A stretch of 64,000 bases of DNA from Vulcanimicrobiota bacterium. GTDB taxonomy: Bacteria; Vulcanimicrobiota; Xenobia; Xenobiales; JADMJV01. The stretch spans positions 2,468,891 through 2,532,890 of the forward strand of contig JBFWNU010000001.1 of NCBI GenBank assembly GCA_050250895.1. Direction: 5' to 3'. Numbering within the stretch: position 1 is the stretch's first letter; every line of letters begins with the position of its first letter. Below the pieces are notes generated by a model. It did no database searches. It had not been told where the DNA came from and saw nothing but the letters and a program-made list of their open reading frames with translations. A program made the translations under genes and the position numbers. Positions 38,763-51,734 of the stretch are shown one piece after another.

Positions 38763-39677
38763 ATGCGTGAAGTCATTCGTCTTCTCGCTCGCCCGGTCGA
38801 GCGAGTCTGGGGGGGCCGCCGCCTGGAAGAGCTGCTGGATCGCCGTCTGCCGCCCGGCCCGGTGGGAGAGAGCTGGGAAGTTTATGGCGAACTCGAGGTC
38901 AGTCACGGTCGCTTCGAAGGAGCCACCCTGGATCAGCTGGTGGCGGCCCACGGTGAGGCGCTGGTAGGCAGCCACTGTCGGGGCACCACCACCTTTCCGA
39001 TTTTGACCAAGTGGCTGGATTGTCGCGATTGGCTGTCGGTCCAGGTCCATCCCGATGACCGCCTGGCGCCGGTGTTGAGCGGACAGCAAGATGCCCGCGG
39101 CAAAAGCGAGGCCTGGTATTTTCGGCATGTCGACCCCGGGGCCGAAGTGATCCACGGGGTCTCGCCCCTGGCCCGCCCCAACCGGCTGCAAGTGGCCGAG
39201 GGTGAAGACTGGCTCGACCTGGTCGAGCGGCGGCCCGTGCGCGAGGGGTCTTTCCTGTACACCCCGGCGGGCACCGTCCATGCCCTGGGGCCGGGATTGA
39301 TGCTCTACGAGATTCAGCAGAGCAGCGAGTTGACTTACCGGCTCTATGACTGGGGCCGGGATCGGCCCATTCACCCCGACCTGGCCCGGCGTTGTTTGTT
39401 GGAAGCCGCCGCCAGCGATGACTATCGTGACCGGGGCCAGGTGGTGGGGAGCGTGCGCGGCGGCTGCTCCTATTTCGTGGTCGAGTCCCTTCAGGGGTCG
39501 AGCCAATGGCGGGTCGACCCCGGCAGCTTCGAGATTCTGGCCCTGACCGACGGCCGGGCCAGCCTCGACGGCGCCGAATTGGCTCTGGGTGAGTCGGTGG
39601 TGCTGCCCGCCAGTTACGGCGAGGTCACTCTGGAATGTGACGGTCCGACCCACATCCTGAGGATACGAGTGCCCTGA
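38763..39677 (+). CDS. manA: Mannose-6-phosphate isomerase, class I
   Basis: VWGG, GESWE, LSVQVHPDD, KSEAWY, PAGTVHA, EIQQSS.TYRLYDW. Confidence 0.9.
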   Translation: MREVIRLLARPVERVWGGRRLEELLDRRLPPGPVGESWEVYGELEVSHGRFEGATLDQLVAAHGEALVGSHCRGTTTFPILTKWLDCRDWLSVQVHPDDRLAPVLSGQQDARGKSEAWYFRHVDPGAEVIHGVSPLARPNRLQVAEGEDWLDLVERRPVREGSFLYTPAGTVHALGPGLMLYEIQQSSELTYRLYDWGRDRPIHPDLARRCLLEAAASDDYRDRGQVVGSVRGGCSYFVVESLQGSSQWRVDPGSFEILALTDGRASLDGAELALGESVVLPASYGEVTLECDGPTHILRIRVP

Positions 39678-39737
39678 ATCGGCCCCACTCTGGGAGGAAA
39701 ACCATCAGATGGCTGGAAACGTTCGAAAAATCCGAGG

Positions 39738-40640
39738 GTGGTGTCGCCTTTGTTCGGCAACAAGCTAAAATCAGGGCCAGAAGCGCTGAGTTTCGGAAAC
39801 ACGTTGTTTCGAATCTCTGAAATTTCCTGGATCAAGGCTCAGGGCCTGACCCTGCCTGAGAAGATCGTCAAAGGGGTGCTACTGGTGCTGGGTGTGGCCT
39901 TTATCTGGGCCATGCAGGTGGCCAAAGGCACCTATTTCAACGTCGAATGGCTGTTGGCCGCGTTGCCGTTGCATCTAGCCTATCTGATCAGCTCGGACCT
40001 TCGCCTGGCCAGCACCGGTGACATCGAAGAGACCTATGAAGAGCGAGTGGGGCGCAGTCGCGGCCTGTTCAACGAGTGGGTCGAGAACCTGTCCAAGCGA
40101 AATCCCGACTGGATTCACCTCAAGGGTCAAGACTACGCCTACCTGATCAACCCCGACCGGATCGCCTGGGTGCGGTCCAAGGTGCAGGTCAGCTTTTATC
40201 CGCTGGCGGTCGGGGCCATCTTCTATGCCTATCATTTCGTGACTGGCCTGGACCTCGATTTCGAGACCACTCCCATCGTGTCCGACCTGCGCATGCTCAC
40301 CTTCGAACCCGGTCAGACGGGCTTGCTGGTGACGATGTGCTACCTGGTGGTGGTCGCCTCGCTGGCCGCCTTTGCGGTTTCGATCAAGCGCTCGCTCGAG
40401 CTTTGCGCCCCCGGTGGCGTGTTCGACAGCCTGCGCGTGTCGGCCGAGGACGAGGCCAAGGTGTTGCTGGCCATCAGCGGCACCAAGACGGCCGCCGAGA
40501 AGATGCTCAAAACCCCGGCCCTCCCGGTCAAGAAGCCCGTTCCGGCCGAGAAGCCGGCCCCGGTCGAGACCAAGGTCGAAGCCAAACCCGCCCCGACGCC
40601 CACTCCCAAGACGCCTCAACCCGCCGCGACCGAGGGCTAG
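39738..40640 (+). CDS. Membrane protein of unknown function
   Basis: About four TM segments and a Pro/Lys-rich tail. Confidence 0.7.
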   Translation: MVSPLFGNKLKSGPEALSFGNTLFRISEISWIKAQGLTLPEKIVKGVLLVLGVAFIWAMQVAKGTYFNVEWLLAALPLHLAYLISSDLRLASTGDIEETYEERVGRSRGLFNEWVENLSKRNPDWIHLKGQDYAYLINPDRIAWVRSKVQVSFYPLAVGAIFYAYHFVTGLDLDFETTPIVSDLRMLTFEPGQTGLLVTMCYLVVVASLAAFAVSIKRSLELCAPGGVFDSLRVSAEDEAKVLLAISGTKTAAEKMLKTPALPVKKPVPAEKPAPVETKVEAKPAPTPTPKTPQPAATEG

Positions 40641-41179
40641 GGCGGGGCTTCGAGAGGAGCCAGGGTCGAGGCGAAGCTGGTTTCCAGTCGACAACGGTGA
40701 TCGTCTTTTTGGGCCTCGAGCGTCACCTGGACCACGGAGCCGGCGGTGGCGCACTCGAACTCGCTCAGATTGCGGGCCACCACTCGAGCGGCCGGGTTGT
40801 GGGGCGCGGGTGAGGCTGTCTCGGGATCGGCGGCCCCCAGCGGATCGCTCTGGCGGTGGAGCTTTCCTTCGGCGTCTTTCCAATAGCTGAGGATGGTGGT
40901 CCACCTGGGTTCGCCATCCGGCTCGAAGGCGGGGGGATCGCCCTGGCTCACCAGCACCAACTGGTCGGTGTCCCAGCGCACCGAGCCGGGGGCGGCGCTC
41001 TGAATGTCGACCTTGAGCCAGCGGGCGGCCACGGCCACTGTCTGTTGCGACTCGGCCCGATCCTGGCCGCGGCGGAAGCTGCGCACGGCTGGGCCGAAGA
41101 CCATGACGGCAACGCTGAGAATCAAAGCCAAAAGGCCGGCCACCACCAGGACTTCGGCCAGAGTCATGCCTCTCTTCAT
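40637..41179 (-). CDS. Type IV prepilin-like (PilW/GspJ-like)
   Basis: KRG|MTLAE. Confidence 0.85.
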   Translation of the reverse strand: MKRGMTLAEVLVVAGLLALILSVAVMVFGPAVRSFRRGQDRAESQQTVAVAARWLKVDIQSAAPGSVRWDTDQLVLVSQGDPPAFEPDGEPRWTTILSYWKDAEGKLHRQSDPLGAADPETASPAPHNPAARVVARNLSEFECATAGSVVQVTLEAQKDDHRCRLETSFASTLAPLEAPP

Positions 41180-41538
41180 GGCAGAGCGTCCGAGCTGAAC
41201 CGGCGCAAGCTCATCTCCAGAGGTCTGGCCGCCTCGGGCCAGTTGACGCTAACTCGCCATTCGTAAGTGTGCGTTCCGGTAACCACGGCCTGGCGCGTGG
41301 CCGTGAATTGGGTGCCGTTGAGCTGGGTGGCGAACTGTTCGACCGGGCTGGGAAAACTGGCCGGACGAGGGGCCTCTTCCAGCAGCCTAACCGCATACGC
41401 GTTGGCGGTTTGAACGTTCTCGGCCTGTTTGAGCGAGAGGATTCCGGCTGGAATCAGTCCCAGGATGAACATCACGGCCGCCGCCAACAAAACCACGGCG
41501 ACCACAACTTCTACCAGCGATAACCCCCGCTTGCCCAT
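41176..41538 (-). CDS. Type IV prepilin-like (PilV/GspI-like)
   Basis: KRG|LSLVE. Confidence 0.85.
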   Translation of the reverse strand: MGKRGLSLVEVVVAVVLLAAAVMFILGLIPAGILSLKQAENVQTANAYAVRLLEEAPRPASFPSPVEQFATQLNGTQFTATRQAVVTGTHTYEWRVSVNWPEAARPLEMSLRRFSSDALP

Positions 41539-41626
41539 TTGCTTAAGTTGGGCGTTGCCGAGCAAACTCCTTCGAGCGGGGATTCGCCCCAGGGCCGCGA
41601 AGTGGCCGCCCGAAAGGAATTACTCC

Positions 41627-41911
41627 ATGGCCTTTAACGACGCGGGCACGCCCGACCAAAAGCTCGACCCTTCGCTGCGCAAACTGTTGCAAGAGCCCGG
41701 GTTGGAAGACACCGTGCCAGTGATCATTCAGACCGTCGACGGTCTGAAAGACGAAGACAAAGAAGTGCTCAAGACCCTCAGGGGCACCTTTAAAGACGAC
41801 CTCTACATCATTAAGGCCTTCAGCGCCGATATTCCCTTGACCAGTCTGGGCACGTTGATTCTGAGTCCGCGGGTGGTCAAGGTCTACCACGACGCCGACG
41901 TCAAGGCTTAG
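41627..41911 (+). CDS. Stand-alone subtilase propeptide (I9-like) domain protein
   Basis: SD AAAGGA; KLDPSL..VPVIIQ..IIKAFSADIP..L...PRVVKVYHDADVKA. Confidence 0.6.
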   Translation: MAFNDAGTPDQKLDPSLRKLLQEPGLEDTVPVIIQTVDGLKDEDKEVLKTLRGTFKDDLYIIKAFSADIPLTSLGTLILSPRVVKVYHDADVKA

Positions 41912-41914
41912 CCC

Positions 41915-42355
41915 ATGGCAGGCTTGATTGTCCTGTGCGGCGTGCTGGGAGGCATGGCGGCCGCCCTGCAGGGGCCACTCACCAGCATGATCAGCCAGCG
42001 CCTGGGGGTGCTCGAAGCCGTTTTCATCATCCATTTCGGAGGCGCTCTGGCCGTGCTGCCTCTGATGCTGGGCTTCGGCGGCGGAGCCATTCGCCAATGG
42101 AAGACCGTGCCCTGGTATGCCCTGTGCGCCGGGGCGCTGGGTCTGGTGGTGCTGTGGTCGATCACGTTTTGCATTCCGAAAGTGGGCGTCACCACGACCA
42201 TTACGGCCTTCGTGGCCGGGCAATTGGTGCTGGGAATGGTGCTTGACCACTTCGGTCTGTTCATCCCCGAGCCCCGACCGGCGGACCTGGCCCGAATGGG
42301 AGGCCTGCTGCTGGTCTTTCTAGGCACCTGGTTATTCCTTAAGCCGACGAGTTGA
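41915..42355 (+). CDS. DMT family transporter (YdcZ type)
   Basis: ALQGPL, PWYALCAGALG, AGQLVLGMVLDHFG. Confidence 0.88.
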   Translation: MAGLIVLCGVLGGMAAALQGPLTSMISQRLGVLEAVFIIHFGGALAVLPLMLGFGGGAIRQWKTVPWYALCAGALGLVVLWSITFCIPKVGVTTTITAFVAGQLVLGMVLDHFGLFIPEPRPADLARMGGLLLVFLGTWLFLKPTS

Positions 42356-42357
42356 AC

Positions 42358-42999
42358 ATGCGCGACTTTTACAGCCTGACCAAACGCCACAAATGCTGGG
42401 ATGCTTTCACCGAATGGTCCTACATCCAATGGGCTGTGCCCGACAATTGCATCCTGCAGAGTCGAGACGAGCTGGTGGCCCTGTGCGAGTGGATCGAAGA
42501 GCACGAGATTCGGACCTATCTCGAGATTGGCTGCTGGACCGGCAAACTGGCTTCGCTGTTGCATGAGCTGTTCGCTTTTGACAAGCTGGCGGTGTGCGAT
42601 ATCGGATTGTGCAAGAAGTATCAGTTCGACCTCGAGTTGCCGCAAGACGCGGATCTTTTCCTGGGTAGCTCGTTTTCGCCCGAGTTTCTCGAGTGGCGAG
42701 CGGGCCTCGGTCCCGTCGATCTGGTGTTTCTCGATGCCGATCATACCGCTCAAGGGTTGCGCGCCGACCTGGCCAACAACTTGCGCGCTGGCTGCCGTTT
42801 TTTAGCCATCCACGACATCACCAGCGGCCTGACCGGCACCCAGGAGGTGTCGGCCCTGTGGCAGACGCTACCCGGCCCCAAGATCGAGATCGTCAAGCCC
42901 CATAGCGAGTTGGGCCTGGACGATTCCAAGACCGGTATCGGCATCCTGGTGATCGAGAATCGGCCCGAGCGAGTGGAGGAAATCCTGGCTGCCCTATGA
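42358..42999 (+). CDS. Class I SAM-dependent methyltransferase
   Basis: YLEIGCWTG, DLVFLDADH, LAIHDI. Confidence 0.8.
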   Translation: MRDFYSLTKRHKCWDAFTEWSYIQWAVPDNCILQSRDELVALCEWIEEHEIRTYLEIGCWTGKLASLLHELFAFDKLAVCDIGLCKKYQFDLELPQDADLFLGSSFSPEFLEWRAGLGPVDLVFLDADHTAQGLRADLANNLRAGCRFLAIHDITSGLTGTQEVSALWQTLPGPKIEIVKPHSELGLDDSKTGIGILVIENRPERVEEILAAL

Positions 43000-43988
43000 T
43001 CGACCGCCGGGTTAGCATCGCCCCGATGATGGGCTGCACCGACCGTCATGAACGCTTTTTCCTCAGGCGTCTGACCCACCATGCCCTGCTCTATACCGAG
43101 ATGATCGCTCCCGGAGCCATTCTTTTCGGCAACCGGCGGCGCTTTCTGGGCTTTGACCCGTGCGAGCACCCGGTGGCCCTGCAGCTGGGCGATCACGACC
43201 CCGGCCGCCTGGCCACCTGCGCCGCCCTGGCCGAAGAATGGGGCTTTGACGAGGTGAACCTCAACGTGGGCTGCCCCAGCGAACGAGGCACCGATCGTCG
43301 CTTTGGCGCCTGTCTCATGGGCGAGCCCGAGACAGTGGCCGCCTGCGTGACGGCTATGCAGGCCGCTACCAGCCTGCCGGTCACGGTCAAGACCCGGGTG
43401 GGCATCGATCGTCAGGATAGCTACGAACTTTTTCGTGCCTTCATCGACGTGGTGGCCGAGGCCGGCTGCCGCACCTTTATTGTCCACGCTCGCAAGGCCT
43501 GGCTCGAGGGGCTGAGTCCCAAAGACAATCGCGAAGTGCCGCCGTTGCGCTATGAATACGTCTATCGGCTCAAGCAAGAGCTGCCCGAGTTGACGGTGGT
43601 GATCAACGGAGGCATTCGAGACTGGAAGTCGGCCCGCGGCCATCTCGACTATGTCGACGGCGTGATGATCGGGCGCGAGGCCTACGAGAACCCTTATTTT
43701 CTGGCCACTCTCGACCGCGACTTCTACGGCGATGACCATCCCATCCTGACCCGGGAAGAGGCCTTAGAGAGCTTCTTGCCTTACATCGAGAGAAATCTGG
43801 CCGAGGGAGTGCCGCTGTTCAAGATGGCTCGCCATCTCATCGGCCTCTATCGCAACGAGCCCCGGGCCCGGGCCTGGCGCCGGCACCTTACCGAAGGCAG
43901 CGTCCCTCGCGACGCCGGACTCGAGGTGCTCCACCAGGGACTCAAGATTGCATCGGGAAGATTCCTGTCAAAATCAACCAGGGAGTAA
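42996..43988 (+). CDS. dusA: tRNA-dihydrouridine(20/20a) synthase
   Basis: APMMG.TDRH.R, NLNVGCPS, HARKAWLEGLSPKDNREVPPL, GVMIGREAY.NP. Confidence 0.95.
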   Translation: MIDRRVSIAPMMGCTDRHERFFLRRLTHHALLYTEMIAPGAILFGNRRRFLGFDPCEHPVALQLGDHDPGRLATCAALAEEWGFDEVNLNVGCPSERGTDRRFGACLMGEPETVAACVTAMQAATSLPVTVKTRVGIDRQDSYELFRAFIDVVAEAGCRTFIVHARKAWLEGLSPKDNREVPPLRYEYVYRLKQELPELTVVINGGIRDWKSARGHLDYVDGVMIGREAYENPYFLATLDRDFYGDDHPILTREEALESFLPYIERNLAEGVPLFKMARHLIGLYRNEPRARAWRRHLTEGSVPRDAGLEVLHQGLKIASGRFLSKSTRE

Positions 43989-43991
43989 GGT

Positions 43992-44438
43992 ATGTATTCC
44001 AAGATCCTCGTTCCTCTTGATGGTTCAGAACTGGCCGAGCAGGCCCTCGTGCCCGCGGCCGAACTGGCGCGCCGCTTCGGAGCCGAGCTTTACCTGGTAC
44101 GGGTGTTTCTGCCCCCGGTGGTCTCGCCGGCGGCCTGGACCTCCATCGATATGACCAGGATTCGGGCGGAAGAAGAGAAGTTCCTGAGAACCTATCTCGA
44201 CGAGCGCAAAGTCGAGGGGATCGTGTGCCATCGTCTATTGGTCGAGGGCGAGGCGGCCGACGCTCTGATGCACACCGCCAAGGAACAGGGGATCGACCTG
44301 ATCGTCATGACTTCTCACGGGCGCACTGGTTTGAACCGCTGGCTCTTCGGGAGTGTGGCCGAGCGGGTGGTCAGGCACTCACCCTGTCCTGTCCTGACCA
44401 TCGGCCCGGATAGCCTCAAGCGCGAACCGTCGGCCTGA
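43992..44438 (+). CDS. Universal stress protein
   Basis: KILVPLDGS, DLIVMTSHGRTG..GSVAERVVRHSPCPVL. Confidence 0.95.
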   Translation: MYSKILVPLDGSELAEQALVPAAELARRFGAELYLVRVFLPPVVSPAAWTSIDMTRIRAEEEKFLRTYLDERKVEGIVCHRLLVEGEAADALMHTAKEQGIDLIVMTSHGRTGLNRWLFGSVAERVVRHSPCPVLTIGPDSLKREPSA

Positions 44439-45918
44439 AGCGGGGGGCACCCACCGCGAACTCCGGCTCAAGCCCGAGACTCCGCAAGCAGATCGGCGCC
44501 ACATCGACCGCCCGAGTTACCTCGGGCAACTCCAGGCTACCGCCAAAGCCGGCCACGAAGAGCGGTGAAGTCGAATCCAGCCGGTGGAGCGAGCCGTGCG
44601 AACCCCCGCTCTGGTGGATGGAAGTGTCGCCGGTCATGAACTCATAGCCCGGTTGGCTGGTCACCCACATCTGGCCGCCGTCGCGATTGTCGAGCCCACC
44701 CACGATCCGTTCCAGGGCGTTGGGATAGTCGCCATACTGGATCTGACCGTCTCGCACCGAGGCGTCCACGACTTCCAGGTCACCTTCGAAATCCCAGCCA
44801 CCCCCGTAGGCATCGTTGGCTTTGTCTCCCGGCCGAAAGGTCAGGCGTTGGTCGCCCCGAGCAACCTGGAAGCCCTGCTGGTCGCGCCACAGCACCTGGT
44901 CGACTCTGGGGTCGTCGAGCAGGCAGTTGAGCACCTCGCTGAAGACCTGCTGTTCGCGGAAATAGAGCTGAGCCGTTCGCATGTCGGGGCAAACCTTGAG
45001 CCGGCACTCTTGAGGCCAACTGCCGGGCGGGGCCACCTTGAAGTCGGCCAGCATCTGGTCGAGGGCGATGCCAGCCTCGCTGTCTCTCATCTTGCTCTGG
45101 GAATGGTCGCCGGTGACTACCACGGTGAGGTCCTCGAGCGCCTGCTCCAGTCCGCCCAGGCGTTCGAAGAAGGCCGCCAGGGCCTGATCCACTTCATCGA
45201 TCTGTTCCAGACCCGCCTCGGGGCCGTGCTTGTGGCAGTGATAGTCGTGATCGGGAAAGTAGGCCAGGGTGAAGTCGGGTAGTTCGTCCTGGTCGGCCAG
45301 ATGCAGTAGCAGCCGGGCCGTGTTGTCGTCGTTGAATCCGAAGCGCCCCAACAGACCCCCTTTTCGATCGGGCGATTCCTGGTCGCGCTCGCGGTCGCTA
45401 TCGACCATGTCTCCAAAATACAGAATCTTTGGGCCAGAGACCGACTGCTCGGCCTCGACGCTGGGGTGCCAAGAAAACCACAGAGGGACCTCGACCTGGT
45501 GAGGCTGATCGCCGTGAAACATGAGATAGTTGAGCGAGGCGGCTCGCATTCCCCGACCCTCGGCCATCTGGAAGAGAGTGGGAAGGCGCAGGCGCGAGCC
45601 GTTGAGTTTCTTGAGGCACTCCTCGAAGAACTCGCCAAAGCCGAGCTTGGCCACCACCCAGAAGTCGTCGCCATAGTAGACATCCTGCTTGTTGTCCTGA
45701 TCGTACCAGTGGAAGCCGAGGATATTGTGTCGACTCGGGTAGCCACCGGTCACCAGGGTCGAGGTGGCGGCCGGCGTTAGCGACGGAAAGATCGAGATGC
45801 TCTGGCGGCGCAGCTGCCCGAGTTCGGCCAGCCCGGCCAGGGTCGGAAAGCGCTGGAGTTCCGGCAGCAGGGTCTGGGAGTTCAGGGCGTCGATGACAAC
45901 CAGGAGTGTTTTCTTCAT
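44416..45918 (-). CDS. Alkaline phosphatase superfamily / nucleotide pyrophosphatase-phosphodiesterase
   Basis: VVIDAL, IFPSLTP, YFPDHDYHCH, TGDHS, GSHGSL. Confidence 0.88.
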   Translation of the reverse strand: MKKTLLVVIDALNSQTLLPELQRFPTLAGLAELGQLRRQSISIFPSLTPAATSTLVTGGYPSRHNILGFHWYDQDNKQDVYYGDDFWVVAKLGFGEFFEECLKKLNGSRLRLPTLFQMAEGRGMRAASLNYLMFHGDQPHQVEVPLWFSWHPSVEAEQSVSGPKILYFGDMVDSDRERDQESPDRKGGLLGRFGFNDDNTARLLLHLADQDELPDFTLAYFPDHDYHCHKHGPEAGLEQIDEVDQALAAFFERLGGLEQALEDLTVVVTGDHSQSKMRDSEAGIALDQMLADFKVAPPGSWPQECRLKVCPDMRTAQLYFREQQVFSEVLNCLLDDPRVDQVLWRDQQGFQVARGDQRLTFRPGDKANDAYGGGWDFEGDLEVVDASVRDGQIQYGDYPNALERIVGGLDNRDGGQMWVTSQPGYEFMTGDTSIHQSGGSHGSLHRLDSTSPLFVAGFGGSLELPEVTRAVDVAPICLRSLGLEPEFAVGAPRFRPTVRA

Positions 45919-45989
45919 GTCTTCAGGATAGGGCAGGCTGAACTCTGGCAGGAGGTCTTCAAGGCTAATGGGGGGGCACCCGAACAGAC

Positions 45990-46448
45990 CTATTTCGCGC
46001 CCTCTTGCTCGCGACCACAGAGCGAGCAAAAGCGGGCGGTGGGCTTGAGGCGATGGTTGCAGAACACGCAGTTTCGCTCGCTGGATTCGGCCGGGGAAGG
46101 CTCTTCCTTAAGTTGAGCCAGGCCTTGAATATCGAGTTCGATGCCCATCAGGACCTCGCCCAGGCGGGCGAAGGGGGTGGCCAGGAATGGATGGCTGCGC
46201 ATCTCGGCAAAGAGAGCGTTATAGCCTTCGAGGTCGCGAAACTCACAAATGACGAAATCGCTGAACTCACCCGTCCAGGCATCTCCGTCAAAGATCTGGC
46301 AGTGGACCCCGGGGTGGCGTCGCAGGATTTCGAAGAGTTGGCTGCCATAGTCCTGGCGGGTGAGTACATCGAGTTCATACCAGCGCGGCAACAGCTGCAG
46401 CTCGATGAGAGCGACAAAGGCTGGTTGCTCGCTAATGCTCCTGATCAT
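45990..46448 (-). CDS. Darcynin-like protein with C-terminal zinc ribbon
   Basis: W..L....FDG.AWTG..SDFVICEF..L..Y..L..EMR.HP; CVFC..FCSLCG. Confidence 0.6.
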   Translation of the reverse strand: MIRSISEQPAFVALIELQLLPRWYELDVLTRQDYGSQLFEILRRHPGVHCQIFDGDAWTGEFSDFVICEFRDLEGYNALFAEMRSHPFLATPFARLGEVLMGIELDIQGLAQLKEEPSPAESSERNCVFCNHRLKPTARFCSLCGREQEGAK

Positions 46449-46776
46449 CGGCCTCCTCCTCGCTCTTTTGATAGTCAGGATTGGGCATGCCCAGCGTCAC
46501 GCGGTCCAGGCGCGCGTGGGCGTCGAGAAAAATGGGGTGCTCGCGCACATCGTTCCAGAGCTTCCAGTAGTCGTGAAGGTTGGAAAACTCGCACACGAAG
46601 AACTCGGCCACTCGCCCCATCCAGGGGGCCGAGTCAAACCACCGGCAGCGAACGTTGTCGCGCGATAGGAGAAGCTCAGCCAGATGGGCCCGCAATCGGG
46701 TTCGCTCGTCGGCGGCCAGCCGATACCACGAAGGCTCGAGGGTGATCCTCACAACGGCCGTGATCTTCACCCTCAA
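46432..46776 (-). CDS. Darcynin-like protein
   Basis: PSWYRL..ER..RWFDS..W.GR..EFFVCEF..L.DY..L...VR.HP; paralogue of its neighbour. Confidence 0.6.
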   Translation of the reverse strand: MRVKITAVVRITLEPSWYRLAADERTRLRAHLAELLLSRDNVRCRWFDSAPWMGRVAEFFVCEFSNLHDYWKLWNDVREHPIFLDAHARLDRVTLGMPNPDYQKSEEEADDQEH

Positions 46777-46792
46777 ATCTTCGAAAGCAAGC

Positions 46793-49783
<2,991 letters not shown>

Positions 49784-49882
49784 GTCAAAACTCCTAAAGG
49801 CTCGTGATTGGAGGCTTGCCTTTCTCCAAGGGGCAAAGTCCACCCTTTTGACGGGCGTGTGATGCTCAGGTGGTTTGCTGAG

Positions 49883-50716
49883 ATGGCTATGAATGTCGAT
49901 ACGAATCGAGCCTTTCGATACAGTGCCCCCCCGCGTGGGGCCCACTCGGGTCAGCCCGAAGCCGTGGATTTGCCGGACCGCTTCGACGCTCGACCTCCAA
50001 AAAGCCACGACTGGAGGCCCCTGGCTCTCGGGGCCCTGGGAATGGTCGCCCTCACCCCGATGGTCGCGCAGGCCGCCCAGGCCGAGCCTTGCACCCTCGA
50101 TGTCGGCCCGTCGCTCCAGCAACTGCAAGAGCTCTCCACCGCTCGCAGCAGCGATGACCCCATCAGCGCCAAGTTGCGCGGCTACCTGGCCGAGAAGCTC
50201 GAGGAAGTGGGCAAGACCACCAAGGGTTTCGAGCGCGACTTCCGCCAACTCCACCAACTCGGCCAACGACTCGAGCAGCACCGGGAATTGGGCGAAGGCA
50301 CTCACTTCGTAGCCGGGCAACTCATTACGGTCACGCCTGACCAGGTCACCGTTCTCCAAGAAGATCTGCGCTGGGTGTCCCAGAACGGGGGCCAGGAGGT
50401 GCGGGTCGAAGACCCCGATCAAACCGTCCTGCAGCGTCTCTCCATGGGCGACACGACGGTGGTCGAAGGCGAGCGCGGCAAGCTGACCCGCTTTGCCAAC
50501 GGCGCCCTCGAAGTCCAGGCCAACGGCGAGGCCATCAAAATCGACGGCAACACCTTCAGCCGCACCACCATCGACGCTTCCGACGAGGGCTCGCGCATCG
50601 TCGAAGAAAAGCTCACCGCCAGTCCCGAGGACGTTCGCGCCACCTCGGTCATCGAGACTCGCGACGCCGACGAAAAGCCTCTGCTGCGCATCGAGATCGA
50701 GATGCGGGCCGGATAG
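49883..50716 (+). CDS. Hypothetical protein
   Basis: Long ORF with coding-like composition and one hydrophobic segment; start uncertain. Confidence 0.65.
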   Translation: MAMNVDTNRAFRYSAPPRGAHSGQPEAVDLPDRFDARPPKSHDWRPLALGALGMVALTPMVAQAAQAEPCTLDVGPSLQQLQELSTARSSDDPISAKLRGYLAEKLEEVGKTTKGFERDFRQLHQLGQRLEQHRELGEGTHFVAGQLITVTPDQVTVLQEDLRWVSQNGGQEVRVEDPDQTVLQRLSMGDTTVVEGERGKLTRFANGALEVQANGEAIKIDGNTFSRTTIDASDEGSRIVEEKLTASPEDVRATSVIETRDADEKPLLRIEIEMRAG

Positions 50717-50819
50717 TTTTTCATCTCTTGCGATAGTTTGTTACATTCGTCGCGCGCGGGTCAGGGGCAGATCAGCCACCCGGGCTATCCTTATGGAAAC
50801 ACCACCAAGGAGCCCACCG

Positions 50820-51734
50820 ATGAGTCTGTCCGTTCTCTCTCCCGCCCTGGCCACCACCAATCTGCAGCGCGCCTACCAATCCTATGCCGCCCCAGCCGCA
50901 GGCCCGAGCGGTCCGGTCGATAGCGGCATCTCTCCCGCTCGGGGCGCCAACCTGTCGCTAGAAGACGGTTGGTCGGCGGTGGGCCAGGGTCACACCGCCC
51001 CGGCCGTGCGCGATGGCGGCGCCGTCGAGGCCAAGGCCCAGGGGGGACCGACCTCGCCACAGACGGCCTTCCTCGACGGGATGCGCGAAGCCGGCATCCA
51101 GGCCAGCAATCCTCCCACCGAGGCCCAGCTCAAGAAATACTTCGGCACCTTCAACAATGCCAAGCACCGCGGCGAAGCTCCGGCCAAGTTCCAGGAATAC
51201 AGCCAGGCCTTCCACGTGCACGAAGCCGAGACCGGCCACGGCGATGTCCAATATAGCAAAGAGACCAACTATATGTTGGGCAATAAGTTCTACAAGAACG
51301 AGGCCGAGGTCCAGAAAGCGGCCGATAAAGCCCAGAAAGAGTGGGATTACGTCGAGACCGCCGACGCCAGCAGCTGGAAGGACATCAAGGGCGCCGACCA
51401 GCATACCGATGGCCGCCTCATCCAGGACTGCGAAGGCTTTGCCTTCATGGGGCAAGAGCTATTGGGCGCGGCCGGCTACAAGACTTCGCAAGTGGCCACC
51501 TGGGGCGACAACGGAACCGCCCACGCCATGGCCGTACTCGAGGACCCCAACGGCGGCCCGTCGGCCGTGGTCAGCAACGATCGCGTCTTCCAGGGTAACG
51601 ACAAGACCGAACTGCTCGACCAGGGTTGGGGCTATGCCACCGGCAACGACGGCAGCGGTCACGGGGCCTACTTCGAGGACACCACCCAGGCGCGGGCCCA
51701 GACCCGCATGACCCTGGGGCGCTCTAGAAACTAA
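50820..51734 (+). CDS. Hypothetical protein with a possible transglutaminase/papain-like Cys-His-Asn/Asp core
   Basis: SD AAGGAG; QDCEGFA...AHAMAV...VVSND. Confidence 0.6.
   Translation: MSLSVLSPALATTNLQRAYQSYAAPAAGPSGPVDSGISPARGANLSLEDGWSAVGQGHTAPAVRDGGAVEAKAQGGPTSPQTAFLDGMREAGIQASNPPTEAQLKKYFGTFNNAKHRGEAPAKFQEYSQAFHVHEAETGHGDVQYSKETNYMLGNKFYKNEAEVQKAADKAQKEWDYVETADASSWKDIKGADQHTDGRLIQDCEGFAFMGQELLGAAGYKTSQVATWGDNGTAHAMAVLEDPNGGPSAVVSNDRVFQGNDKTELLDQGWGYATGNDGSGHGAYFEDTTQARAQTRMTLGRSRN

Noticed and set aside
42996-43988. dusA as a genomic-island integration site or part of the Y-RNA system
   Set aside because: No integrase or att duplication nearby; ~19 kb from the RNA array in housekeeping context
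49784-50422. N-terminal extension of glyQS
   Set aside because: Overlaps the opposite-strand gene; GlyRS homology starts at the SD-preceded GTG 49783
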